64,000 nucleotides of DNA from Eledone cirrhosa (taxonomy: Eukaryota): the NCBI GenBank assembly GCA_964016885.1, contig OZ024748.1:34348001-34412000 (forward strand), given 5' to 3'. Shown here in pieces: positions 1-18,000 of this stretch (within the stretch, counting starts at the first letter, position 1; every line of letters begins with the position of its first letter). Below the pieces are notes generated by a model. The model did not search any database, was not told the DNA's origin, and was given only the letters and a program-made list of their open reading frames with translations. A program made the translations under genes and the position numbers.

Positions 1-3000
1 ACACCACACCACCACACTCTCACACTCACACATTGACACACACCACACCACCACACTCTTACACTCCCACATTGACACAACACCACACCACCACACTCTT
101 ACACTCCCACATTGACACAACACCACACCACCACACTCTTACACTCCCACGCTGACACAACACTACACCACCACACTCTTACACTCCGACAAGAACACAA
201 CACCACACCACCACACTCTTACACTCCCACAAGAACACAACACCACACCACCACACACTTACACTCCTACAAGAACACAACACCACACCACCACACTCTT
301 ACACTCCCACATTGACACAACACCACACCACCACACTCTTACACTCCCACAAGGACACAACACCACACCACCACACTCTTACACGCCCACAAGAACACAA
401 CACCACACCACCACACTCTTACACTCCCTCATTGACACAACACCACACCACCACACTCTTACATTCCCACATTGACACAACACCACACCACCACACTCTT
501 ACACTCCCACAAGGACACAACACCACACCACCACACTCTTACACGCCCACAAGAACACAACACCACACCACCACACTCTTACACTCCCACAAGGACACAA
601 CACCACACCACCACACTCTACGACTCCCACAAGGACACAACACCACACCACCACACTCTCACACTCCCACATTGACACGACACCACACCACCACACTCTT
701 ACACGCCCACATTGACACAACACCATACCACCACACTCTTACACTCCCACATTGACACAACACCACACCACCACACTCTTACACTCCGACAAGAACACAA
801 CACCACACCACCACACTTTTACACTCCCAACAAGGACACAACACTACACCACCACACTCTCACACTCCCACAAGAACACAACACCACACCACCACACACT
901 TACATTCCTACAAGGACACAACACCACACCACCACACTCTTACACTCCTACATTGACACAACACCACACCACCATACTCTCACACTCCCACATTGACACA
1001 ACACCACACCACCACACTCTCACACTCCCACATTGACACAACACCACACCACCACACTATAACACTCCCACATTGACACAACACCACACCACCACACTCT
1101 TACACTCCTACATTGACACAACACCACCACAATCTTACACTCCGCACATTGACACAACACCCCACCCCCACACTCTTACACTCCCACATTGACACAACAC
1201 CACACAACCACACTCTCACACTCCCATATTGACACAACACCACACCACCGCACTCTTACACTCCGACAAGAACACAACACCACACCACCACACTCTCACA
1301 CTCCCCACATTGACACAACACCACACCACCACACTCTTACACTCCGACAAGAACACAACACCACACCACCACACTCTTACACTCCCACAAGAACACAACA
1401 CCATACCACCACACTCTTACACTCCGACAAGAACACAACACCACACCACCACACTCTTACACTCCCACATTGACACAACACCACACCACTACACTCTTAC
1501 ACTCCCACATTGACACAACACCACACCACCACACTCTTACACTCCCACATTGACACAACACTACACCACCACACTCTTACACTCCGACAAGAACACAACA
1601 CCACACCACCACACTCTCACACTCCCACAAGAACACAACACCACACCACCACACTCTTACACTCCTACATTGACACAACACCACACCACCACACTCTTAC
1701 ACTCCCACATTGACACAACACCACACCACCACACTCTTACACTCCCACATTGACACAACACTACACCACCACACTCTTACACTCCCACATTGACACAACA
1801 CCACACCACCACACTCTTACACTCCCACATTGACACAACACCACACCACCACACTCTTACACTCCCACAAGGACACAACACCACACCACCACACTCTTAC
1901 ACTCCGACAAGAACACAACACCACACCACCACACTCTTACACTCCCAACAAGGACACAACACTACACCACCACACTCTCACACTCCCACAAGAACACAAC
2001 ACCACACCACCACACACTTACACTCCTACAAGAACACAACACCACACCACCACACTCTTACACTCCGACAAGAACACAACACCACACCACCACACTTTTA
2101 CACTCCCAACAAGGACACAACACTACACCACCACACTCTCACACTCCCACAAGAACACAACACCACACCACCACACACTTACACTCCTACAAGGACACAA
2201 CACCACACCACCACACTCTTACACTCCTACATTGACACAACACCACACCACCATACTCTCACACTCCCACATTGACACAACACCACACCACCACACTCTC
2301 ACACTCCCACATTGACAGGACACCACACCACCACACTCTTACACTCCTACATTGACACAACACCACACCACCACACTCTCACACTCCCACATTGACACAA
2401 CACCACACCACCACACTCTCACACTCCCACATTGACACGACACCACACCACCACACTCTCACACTCCCACATTGACACAACACCACACCACCACGCTCTT
2501 ACACGCCCACATTGACACAACGCCACACCACCACACTCTCACACTCCCACAAGTACACAACTCCACACCACCACACTCTCAAACTCCCACATTGACACAA
2601 CACCACACCACCACACTCTTACACTCCCACATTGACACAACACCACACCACCATAAAATCACACTCCCACATTAACACAACACCACACCACCACACTCTC
2701 ACACACCCACATTAACACAACACCACACCACCACACTCTTACACTCCCACGCTGGCACAACACTACACCACCACACTCTCACACTTCCACAAGAAAACAA
2801 CACAACACCACACCACCACACTCTCACACTCCCACATTAACACAACACCACACCACCACATCCTCACACTCCCACAAGGACACAACACCACACCACCACA
2901 ACCACACACTCCCACAAGAACACAACACCACACCACCACACTCTAACACACCCACAAGGACACAACACCACACCACCACACTCTCACACTCCCACATTGA

Positions 3001-6000
3001 TACAACACCACACCACCACACTCTTACACTCCCACATTGACACAACACTACACCACCACACTCTTACACTCCCCACATTGACACAACACTACACCACCAC
3101 ACTCTTACACTCCCCACATTGACACAACACCACACCACCACACTCTCACACTCCCACATTGACACAAGACCACCACAATCTTACACTCCCCACATTGACA
3201 CAACACCACACCCCCACACTCTTACACTCCCACATTGATACAACACCACACCACCACTCTCTTACACTCCCCACTTTGACACAACACCACACCACCACAC
3301 TCTTACACTCCCCACATTGACACAACATCACACCACCACACTCTTACACTCCCACTTCGACACAACACCACACCACCACACTCTTACACTCCCCACAAGG
3401 ACACAACACTACACCACCACACTCTTACACTCCCACAAGAACACAACACCACACCACCACACTCTTACACTCCTACATTGACACAACACCACACCACCAC
3501 ACTCTTACACTCCCACATTGACACAACACCACACGACCCCACTCTTACACTCCCACATTGACACAACACTACACCACCACACTCTTACACTCCCACATTG
3601 ACACAACACCACTCCACCACACTCTTACACTCCCACATTCACACAACACCACACCACCACACTCTTACACTCCCACAAGGACACAACACCACACCACCAC
3701 ACTCTTACACGCCCACAAGAACACAACACCACACCACCACACTCTTACACTCCGACAAGAACACAACACCACACCACCACACTCTTACACTCCCAACAAG
3801 GACACAACACCACACCACCACACTCTTACACTCCCACAAGGACACAACACCATACCACCACACTCTTACACTCCCACATTGACACAACACCACACCACCA
3901 CACTCTCACACTCCCACATTGACACGACACCACACCACCACACTCTTACACGCCCACATTGACACAACACCAGACCACCACACTCTTACACTCCCCACAT
4001 TGACACAACACCACACCACCACACTCTTACAATCCTACATTGACACAACACCACACCACCACACTCTTACACTCCGACAAGAACACAACACCACACCACC
4101 ACACACTTACACTCCCAACAAGGACACAACACTACACCACCACACTCTCACACTCCCACAAGAACACAACACCACACCACCACACACTTACACTCCTACA
4201 AGGACACAACACCACACCATCACACTCTTACACTCCTACATTTTCACAACACCACACCACCACACTCTCACACTCCCACATTGACACAACACCACACCAC
4301 CACACTCTTACACTCCCACATTGACACAACACCACACCACCACACTCTTACACTCCCACATTGACACAACACCACACCACCACACTCTTACACTCCCACA
4401 AGGACACAACACCACACCACCACACTCTTACACTCCGACAAGAACACAACACCACACCACCACACTCTTACACTCCCAACAAGGACACAACTCTACACCA
4501 CCACACTCTCACACTCCCACAAGAACACAACACCACACCACCACACACTTACACTCCTACAAGAACACAACACCACACCACCACACTCTTACACTCCCAC
4601 ATTGACACAACACCACACCACCACACTCTTACACTCCCACATTGACACAACACCACACCACCACACTCTTACACTCCCACAAGGACACAACACCACACCA
4701 CCACACTCTTACACGCCCACATTGACACAACACCACACCACCACACTCTTACACTCCCACAAGGACACAACACCACACCACCACACTCTTAGACTCCCAC
4801 AAGGACACAACACCACACCACCACACTCTTACACTCCCACATTGACACAACACCACACGACCACACTCTCACACTCCCACATTGACACGACACCACACCA
4901 CCACACTCTTACACGCCCACATTGACAAAACACCACACCACCACACTCTTACACTCCCCACATTGACACAACACCACACCACCACACTCTTACACTCCCA
5001 CATTGACACAACACCACACCACCACACTCTTACACTCCGACAAGAACACAACACCACACCACCACACTCTTACACTCCCAACAAGGACACAACACTACAC
5101 CACCACACTCTCACACTCCCACAAGAACACAACACCACACCACCACACACTTACACTCCTACAAGGACACAACACCACACCAGCACACTCTTACACTCCT
5201 ACATTGACACAACACCACACCACCACACTCTCACACTCCCACATTGACACAGCACCACACCACCACACTCTCACACTCCCACATTGACACAACACCACAC
5301 CACCACACTCTAACACTCCCACATTGACACAACACCACACCACCACACTCTTACACTCCTACATTGACACAACACCACACCACCACACTCTCACACTCCC
5401 ACATTGACACAACACCACACCACCACACTCTCACACTCCCACATTGACACGACACCACACCACCACACTCTCACACTCCCACATTGACACAACACCACAC
5501 CACCACACTCTTACACGCCCACATTGACACAACGCCACACCACCACACTCTCACACTCCCACAAGGACACAACTCCACACCACCTCACTCTCAAATTCCC
5601 ACATTGACACAACTTCACACCACCACACTCTTACACTCCCACATTGACACAACACCACACCACCATAAAATCACACTCCCACATTAACACAACACCACAC
5701 CACCACACTCTCACACTCCCACATTAACACAACACCACACCACCACACTCTTACACTCCCACGCTGACACAACACTACACCACCACACTCTCACACTCCC
5801 ACAAGAACACAACAGCTCACCACCACACTCCTACACTCCCACATTGACACAACACCACACCACCACAAACTCACACTCCCACATTAACACAACACCACAC
5901 CACCACACTCTCACACTCCCACATTAACACAACACCACACCACCACACTCTTACACTCCCACGCTGACACAACACTACACAACCACACTCTCACACTTCC

Positions 6001-9000
6001 ACAAGAAAACAACACAACACCACACCACCACACTCTCACACTCCCACATTAACACAACAGCACACCACCACATCCTCACACTCCCACAAGGACACAACAC
6101 CACACCACCACAACCTCACACTCCCAGAAGAACACAACACCACACCACCACACTCTAACACACCCACAAGGACACAACACCACACCACCACACTCTCACA
6201 CTCCCACATTGATACAACACCACACCACCACACTCTTACACTCCCACATTGACGCAACACTACACCACCACATTCTTACACTCCCCACATTGACACAACA
6301 CCACACCACCACACTCTCACACTCCCACATTGACACAAGACCACCACAATCTTACACTCCCCACATTGACACAACACCACACCCCCACACTCTTACACTC
6401 CCACATTGATACAACACCACACCACCACACTCTTACACTCCCCACTTTGACACAACACCACACCACCACACTCTTACACTCCCCACATTGACACAACATC
6501 ACACCACCACACTCTTACACTCCCCACATTGACACAACACCACACCCCCACACTCTTACACACCCCACATTGACACAACACCACACCACCACACTCTTAC
6601 ACTCCCACATTGACACAACACCACACCACCACACTCTTACACTCCCACATTGACACAACACCACACCACCACACTCTTACACTCCCCACATTGACACAAC
6701 ACCACACCACCACACTCTTACACTCCCACATTGACACAACACCACACCACCACACTCTTACACTCCCCACATTGACACAACATCACACCACCACACTCTT
6801 ACACTCCCACATTGACACAACACCACACCACCACACTCTTACACTCCCACATTGACACAACACCACACCACCACACTCTTACACTCCCACAAGAACACAA
6901 CAACACACCACCACACTCTTAGACTCCCACATTGACACAACACCACACCACCACACTCTTACACTCCCACTTCGACACAACACCACACCACCACACTCTT
7001 ACACTCCCACATTGACACAACACCACACCACCACACTCTTACACTCCCACATTGATACAACACCACACCACCACACTCTTACACTCCCCACAAGGACACA
7101 ACACTACACCACCACACTCTTACACTCCCACAAGAACACAACACCACACCACCACACTCTTACACTCCTACATTGACACAACACCACACCACCACACTCT
7201 TACACTCCCACATTGACACAACACCACACGACCCCACTCTTACACTCCCACATTGACACAACACTACACCACCACACTCTTACACTACCACATTGACACA
7301 ACACCACACCACCACACTCTTACACTCCCACATTGACACAACACCACTCCACCACACTCTTACACTCCCACATTGACACAACACCACACCACCACACTCT
7401 TACACTCCCACAAGGACACAACACCACACCACCACACTCTTACACGCCCACAAGAACACAACACCACACCACCACACTCTTACACTCCCACAAGGACACA
7501 ACACCACACCACCACACTCTTACACTCCCACAAGGACACAACACCACACCACCACACTCTTACACTCCCACATTGACACAACACCACACCACCACACTCT
7601 CACACTCCCACATTGACACGACACCACACCCCCACACTCTTACACGCCCACATTGACACAACACCAGACCACCACACTCTTACACTCCTCACATTGACAC
7701 AACACCACACCACCACACTCTTACACTCCCACATTGACACAACACCACACCACCACACTCTTACACTCCGACAAGAACACAACACCACACCACCACACAC
7801 TTACACTCCCAACAAGGACACAACACTACACCACCACACTCTCACACTCCCACAAGAACACAACACCACACCACCACACACTTACACTCCTACAAGGACA
7901 CAACACCACACCACCACACTCTTACACTCCTACATTTTCACAACACCACACCACCACACTCTCACACTCCCACATTGACACAACACCACACCACCACACT
8001 CTCACACTCCCACATTGACACAACACCACACCACCACACTCTCACACTCCCACATTGACACAACACCACACCACCACACTCTAACACTCCCACATTGACA
8101 CAACACCACACCACCACACTCTTACACTCCTACATTGACACAACACCACACCACCACACTCTCACACTCCCACATTGACACAACACCACACCACCACACT
8201 CTCACACTCCAACATTGACACGACACCAAACCACCACACTCTCACACTCCCACATTGACACAACACCACACCACCACACTCTTAGACTCCCACATTGACA
8301 GAACACCACACCACCACACTCTTACACTCCCACATTGACACAACACCACACCACCACACTCTCAAACTCCCACATTGACACAACACCACACCACCACACT
8401 CTTACACTCCCACATTGACACAACACCACACCACCACAAAATCACACTCCCACATTAACACAACACCACACCACCACACTCTTAGACTCCCACATTGACA
8501 GAACACCACACCACCACACTCTTACACTCCCACGCTGACACAACACTACACCACCACACTCTCACACTCCCACAAGAACACAACACCTCACCACCACACT
8601 CTTACACACGCACATTGACACAACACCACACCACCACAAACTCACACTCCCACATTAACACAACACCACACCACCACACTCTCACACTCCCACATTAACA
8701 CAACACCACACCACCACACTCTTACACTCCCACGCTGACACAACACTACACCACCACACTCTCACACTTCCACAAGAACACAACACAACACCACACCACC
8801 ACACTCTCACACTCCCACATTAACACAACACCACACCACAACATCCTCACACTCCCACAAGGACACAACACCACACCACCACAACCTCACACTCCCACAA
8901 GAACACAACACCACACCACCACACTCTAACACTCCCACAAGGACACAACACCACACCACCACACTCTCACACTCCCACATTGATACAACACCACACCACC

Positions 9001-12000
9001 ACACTCTTACACTCCCACATTGACACAACACTACACCACCACACTCTTACACTCCCCACATTGACACAACACTACACTACCACACTCTTACACACCCACA
9101 TTGACACAACACCACACCACCACACTCTCACACTCCCACATTGACACAAGACCACCACAATCTTACACTCCCCACATTGACACAACACCACACCCCCACA
9201 CACTCTTACACTCCCACATTGACACAACACCACACCACCACACTCTTACACTCCCCACTTTGACACAACACCACACCACCACACTCTTACACTCCCCACA
9301 TTGACACAACACCACACCACCACACTCTTACACTCCCCACATTGACACAACACCACACCCCCACACACTTACACTCCCCACATTGACACACCACCACACC
9401 ACCACACTCTTACAATCCCACATTGACACAACACCACACCACCACACTCTTACACTCCCACATTGACACAACACCACACCACCACACTCTTACACTCCCC
9501 ACATTGACACAACACCACACCACCACACTCTTACACTCCCCACATTGACACAACATCACACCACCACACTCTTACACTCCCCACATTGACACAACACCAC
9601 ACTACCACACTCTTACACTCCCCACTTGACACAACACCACACCACCACACTCTTACACTCCCCACATTAACACAACACCACACCACCACACTGTTACACT
9701 CCCCACATTGACACAACATCACACCACCACACTCTTACACTCCCCACATTGACACAACACCACACTACCACACTCTTACACTCCCCACATTGACACAACA
9801 CCACACTACCACACTCTTACACTCCCCACATTGACACAACACCACACCACCACACTCTTACACTCCCCACATTGACACAACACCACACCACCACACTCTT
9901 ACACTCCCCACATTGACACAACATCACACCACCACACTCTTACACTCCCCACATTGACACAACACCACACTACCACACTCTTACACTCCCCACATTGACA
10001 CAACACCACACTACCACACTCTTACACTCCCCACTTTGACACAACACCACACCACCACACTCTTACACTCCCCACATTGACACAACACCACACCACCACA
10101 CTCTTACACTCCCCACATTGACACAACATCACACCACCACACTCTTACACTCCCCACATTGACACAACACCACACTACCACACTCTTACACTCCCCACAT
10201 TGACACAACACCACACCACCACACTCTTACACTCCCCACATTGACACAACACCACACCACCACACTCTTACACTCCCACATTGACCAACACCACACCACC
10301 ACACTCTTACACTCCCACATTGACACAACACCACACCACCACACTCTTACACTCCCACATTGACACAACACCACCACACTCTTACACTCCCCACTTTCAC
10401 ACAACAACACACCACCACACTCTTAGACTCCCACATTGACACAACACCACACCACCACACTTTTACACTCCCACTTCGACACAACACCACACCACCACAC
10501 TCTTACACTCCCCACAAGGACACAACACTACACCACCACACTCTAACACTCCCATAAGAACACAACACCACACCACCACACTCTTACACGCCCACAAGAA
10601 CACAACACCACACCAGCACACTCTCACACTCCCACATTGACACAACACCACCACACTCTTACACTCCCACATTGACACAACACCACACAACCACACTCTC
10701 ACACTCCCACATTGACACAACACCACACCACCACATTCTCACACTCCCATATCGACACAACACCACACCACCACACTCTTACACTCCCACAAGAACACAA
10801 CACCACACCACCACACTCTTACACTCCCACAAGAACACAACACCACACCACCACACTCTTACACTCCGACAAGAACACAACACCACACCACCACACTCTT
10901 ACACTCCCAACAAGGACACAACACTACACCACCACACTCTCACACTCCCACAAGAACACAACACCACACCACCACACTCTTACACTCCTACATTGACACA
11001 ACACCACACCACCACACTCTTACACTCCCACATTGACACAACACCACACGACCCCACTCTTACACTCCCACATTGACACAACACCACACCACCACACTCT
11101 TACACTCCCACATTGACACAACACCACACCACCACACTCTCACACTCCCACAAGGACACAACACCACACCACCACACTCTTAGACTCCCACATTGACAGA
11201 ACACCACACCACCACACTCTTACACTCCCACATTGACACATCACCACACCACCACACTCTTACACTCCCACATTGACACAACACCACACCACCACAAAGT
11301 CACACTCCCACATTAACACAACACCACACCACCACACTCTTACACTCCCCACAAGGACACAACACTACACCACCACACTCTAACACTCCCATAAGAACAC
11401 AACACCACACCACCACACTCTTACACGCCCACAAGAACACAACACCACACCACCACACTCTTACACTCCTACATTTTCACAACACCACACCACCACACTC
11501 TCACACTCCCACATTGACACAACACCACACCACCACACTCTCACACTCCCACATTGACACAACACCACACCACCACACTCTAACACTCCCACATTGACAC
11601 AACACCACACCACCACACTCTTACACTCCTACATTGACACAACACCACACCACCACACTCTCACACTCCCACATTGACACAACACCACACCACCACACTC
11701 TCACACTCCCACATTGACACGACACCACACCACCACACTCTTACACTCCCACATTGACACAACAGCACACCACCACACTCTCACACTCCCACATTGACAC
11801 GACACCACACCACCACACTCTTACACTCCCACATTGACACAACACCACACCACCACACTCTCACACTCCCACATTGACACAACACCACACCACCACTCTC
11901 CCACACTCCCACATTGACACAACACCACACCACCACACTCTCACACTCCCACAAGGACACAACACCACACCACCACACTCTTAGACTCCCACATTGACAG

Positions 12001-15000
12001 AACACCACACCACCACACTCTTACACTCCCACATTGACACATCACCACACCACCACACTCTTACACTCCCACATTGACACAACACCACACCACCACAAAG
12101 TCACACTCCCACATTAACACAACACCACACCACCACACTCTCACACTCCCACATTAACACAACACCACACCACCACACTCTTACACTCCCACGCTGACAC
12201 AACACTACACCACCACACTCTCACACTCCCACAAGAACACAACACCTCACCACCACACTCTTACACTCCCACATTGACACAACACCACACCACCACAAAC
12301 TCCCACTCCCACATTAACACAACACCACACCACCACACTCTCACACTCCCACATTAACACAACACCACACCACCACACTCTTACACTCCCACGCTGACAC
12401 AACACTACACCACCACACTCTCACACTTCCACAAGAACACAACACAACACCACACCACCACACTCTCACACTCCCACATTAACACAACACCACACCACCA
12501 CATCCTCACACTCCCACAAGGACACAACACCACACCACCACAACCTCACACTCCCACAAGAACACAACACCACACCTCCACACTCTAACACTCCCACAAG
12601 GACACAACACCACACCACCACACTCTCACACTCCCACATTGATACAACACCACACCACCACACTCTTACACTTCCACATTGACACAACACTACACCACCA
12701 CACTCTGACACTCCCCACATTGACACAACACTACACCACCACACTCTTACACTACCCACATTGACACAACACCACACCACCACACTCTCACACTCCCACA
12801 TTGACACAACACCACCACAATCTTACACTCCCCACATTGACACAACACCACACCCCCACACCCTTACACTCCCCACATTGACACAACATCACACCACCAC
12901 ACTCTTACACTCCCACATTGGCACAACACCACACCACCACACTCTTACACTCCCACATTGACACAACACTACACCACCACACTCTTACACTCCCCACATT
13001 GACACAACATCACACCACCACACTCTTACACTCCCACATTGACACAACACCACACCACCACACTCTTACACACCCCACATTGACACAACATCACACCACC
13101 ACACTCTTACACTCCCACATTGACACAACACCACACCACCACACTCTTACACACCCCACATTGACACAACATCACACCACCACACTCTTACACTCCCACA
13201 TTGACACAACACCACACCACCACACTCTTACACTCCCACATTGACACAACACCACACCACCACACTCTTACACTCCCCACATTGACACAACATCACACCA
13301 CCACACTCTTACACTCCCACATTGACACAACACCACACCACCACACTCTTACACTCCCCACATTGACACAACATCACACCACCACACTCTTACACTCCCA
13401 CATTGACACAACACCACACCACCACACTCTCACACTCCCACATTGACACAACACCACACCGCCACACTCTCGCATTCCCAAAAGTACACAACACCACACC
13501 ACCACACTCTTACACTCCCACAAGAACACAACACCACACCACCACACTCTCACACTCCCACATTGACACAACACCACCACACTCTTACACTCCCACAAGA
13601 ACACAACACCACACCACCACACTCTCACACTCCCACATTGACACTACACCACCACACTCTTACACTCCCACATTGACACAACACCACACAACCACACTCT
13701 CACACTCCCACATTGACACAACACCACACGACCACACTCTCACACTCCCATATCAACACAACACCACACCACCACACTCTTACACTCCTACAAGAACACA
13801 ACACCACACCACCACACACTTACACTCCTACATTGACACAACACCACACCACCACACTCTTACACTCCCACATTGACACAACACCACACCACCACACTCT
13901 TACACTCCCACATTGACACAACACCACACCACCACACTCTTACACTCCCACATTGACACAACACCACACCACACCACCACACACTTACACTCCCACAAGG
14001 ACACAACACCACACCACCACACCCTTACACGCCCACAAAAACACAACACCACACCACCACACTCTTACACTCCCACATTGACACAACACCACACCACCAC
14101 ACTCTCACACTCCCACATTGACACAACACCACACCACCACACTCTTACACTCCCACATTGACACAACACCACACCACCACACTCTTACACTCCCACAAGG
14201 ACACAACACTACACCACCACACTCTCACACTCCCACAAGAACACAACACCACACCACCACACACTTACACTCCTACAAGGACACAACACCACACCACCAC
14301 ACTCTTACACTCCTACATTGACACAACACCACACCACCACACTCTCACACTCCCACATTGACATAACACCACACCACCACACTCTCACACTCCCACATTG
14401 ACACAACACCACACCACCACACTCTAACACTCCCACATTGACACAACACCACACCACCACACTCTTACACTCCTACATTGACACAACACCACACCACCAC
14501 ACTCTCACACTCCCACATTGACACAACACCACACCACCACACTCTCACACTCCCACATTGACACGACACCACACCACCACACTCTTACACTCCCACATTG
14601 ACACAACAGCACACCACCACACTCTCACACTCCCACATTGACACGACACCACACCACCACACTCTTACACATCCACATTGACAGAACACCACACCACCAC
14701 ACTCTCACACTCCCACATTGACACAACACCACACCACCACTCTCCCACACTCCCACATTGACACAACACCACACCACCACACTCTCACACTCCCACAAGG
14801 ACACAACACCACACCACCACACTCTTAGACTCCCACATTGACAGAACACCACACCACCACACTCTTACACTCCCACATTGACACATCACCACACCACCAC
14901 ACTCTTACACTCCCACATTGACACAACACCACACCACCACAAAGTCACACTCCCACATTAACACAACACCACACCACCACACTCTCACACTCCCACATTA

Positions 15001-18000
15001 ACACAACACCACACCACCACACTCTTACACTCCCACGCTGACACAACACTACACCACCACACTCTCACACTCCCACATTAACACAACACCACACCACCAC
15101 ACTCTCACACTCCCACATTAACACAACACCACACCACCACACTCTTACACTCCCACGCTGACACAACACTACACCACCACACTCTCACACTTCCACAAGA
15201 ACACAACACAACACCACACCACCACACTCTCACACTCCCACATTAACACAACACCACACCACCACATCCTCACACTCCCACAAGGACACAACACCACACC
15301 ACCACAACCTCACACTCCCACAAGAACACAACACCACACCACCACACTCTAACACTCCCACAAGGACACAACACCACACCACCACACTCTCACACTCCCA
15401 CATTGATACAACACCACACCACCACACTCTTACACTCCCACATTGACACAACACTACACCACCACACTCTGACACTCCCCACATTGACACAACACTACAC
15501 CACCACACTCTTACACTCCCCACATTGACACAACACCACACCACCACACTCTCACACTCCCACATTGACACAACACCACCACAATCTTACACTCCCCACA
15601 TTGACACAACATCACACCACCACACTCTTACACTCCCACATTGACACAACACCACACCACCACACTCTCACACTCCCACATTGATACAACACCACACCAC
15701 CACACTCTTACACTCCCACATTGACACAACACTACACCACCACACTCTGACACTCCCCACATTGACACAACACTACACCACCACACTCTTACACTCCCCA
15801 CATTGACACAACACCACACCACCACACTCTCACACTCCCACATTGACACAACACCACCACAATCTTACACTCCCCACATTGACACAACACCACACCCCCA
15901 CACCCTTACACTCCCCACATTGACACAACATCACACCACCACACTCTTACACTCCCACATTGGCACAACACCACACCACCACACTCTTACACTCCCACAT
16001 TGACACAACACTACACCACCACACTCTTACACTCCCCACATTGACACAACATCACACCACCACACTCTTACACTCCCACATTGACACAACACCACACCAC
16101 CACACTCTTACACACCCCACATTGACACAACATCACACCACCACACTCTTACACTCCCACATTGACACAACACCACACCACCACACTCTTACACACCCCA
16201 CATTGACACAACATCACACCACCACACTCTTACACTCCCACATTGACACAACACCACACCACCACACTCTTACACTCCCCACATTGACACAACATCACAC
16301 CACCACACTCTTACACACCCCACATTGACACAACATCACACCACCACACTCTTACACTCCCACATTGACACAACACCACACCACCACACTCTTACACTCC
16401 CCCACATTGACACAACATCACACCACCACACTCTTACACTCCCACATTGACACAACACCACACCACCACACTCTTACACTCCCCACATTGACACAACATC
16501 ACACCACCACACTCTTACACTCCCACATTGACACAACACCACACCACCACACTCTCACACTCCCACATTGACACAACACCACACCGCCACACTCTCGCAT
16601 TCCCAAAAGTACACAACACCACACCACCACACTCTTACACTCCCACAAGAACACAACACCACACCACCACACTCTCACACTCCCACATTGACACAACACC
16701 ACCACACTCTTACACTCCCACAAGAACACAACACCACACCACCACACTCTCACACTCCCACATTGACACTACACCACCACACTCTTACACTCCCACATTG
16801 ACACAACACCACACCACCACACTCTCACACTCCCACATTGACACGACACCACACCACCACACTCTTACACTCCCACATTGACACAACAGCACACCACCAC
16901 ACTCTCACACTCCCACATTGACACGACACCACACCACCACACTCTTACACTCCCACATTGACACAACACCACACCACCACACTCTCACACTCCCACATTG
17001 ACACAACACCACACCACCACTCTCCCACACTCCCACATTGACACAACACCACACCACCACACTCTCACACTCCCACAAGGACACAACACCACACCACCAC
17101 ACTCTTAGACTCCCACATTGACAGAACACCACACCACCACACTCTTACACTCCCACATTGACACATCACCACACCACCACACTCTTACACTCCCACATTG
17201 ACACAACACCACACCACCACAAAGTCACACTCCCACATTAACACAACACCACACCACCACACTCTCACACTCCCACATTAACACAACACCACACCACCAC
17301 ACTCTTACACTCCCACGCTGACACAACACTACACCACCACACTCTCACACTCCCACAAGAACACAACACCTCACCACCACACTCTTACACTCCCACATTG
17401 ACACAACACCACACCACCACAAACTCCCACTCCCACATTAACACAACACCACACCACCACACTCTCACACTCCCACATTAACACAACACCACACCACCAC
17501 ACTCTTACACTCCCACGCTGACACAACACTACACCACCACACTCTCACACTTCCACAAGAACACAACACAACACCACACCACCACACTCTCACACTCCCA
17601 CATTAACACAACACCACACCACCACATCCTCACACTCCCACAAGGACACAACACCACACCACCACAACCTCACACTCCCACAAGAACACAACACCACACC
17701 TCCACACTCTAACACTCCCACAAGGACACAACACCACACCACCACACTCTCACACTCCCACATTGATACAACACCACACCACCACACTCTTACACTTCCA
17801 CATTGACACAACACTACACCACCACACTCTGACACTCCCCACATTGACACAACACTACACCACCACACTCTTACACTACCCACATTGACACAACACCACA
17901 CCACCACACTCTCACACTCCCACATTGACACAACACCACCACAATCTTACACTCCCCACATTGACACAACACCACACCCCCACACCCTTACACTCCCCAC

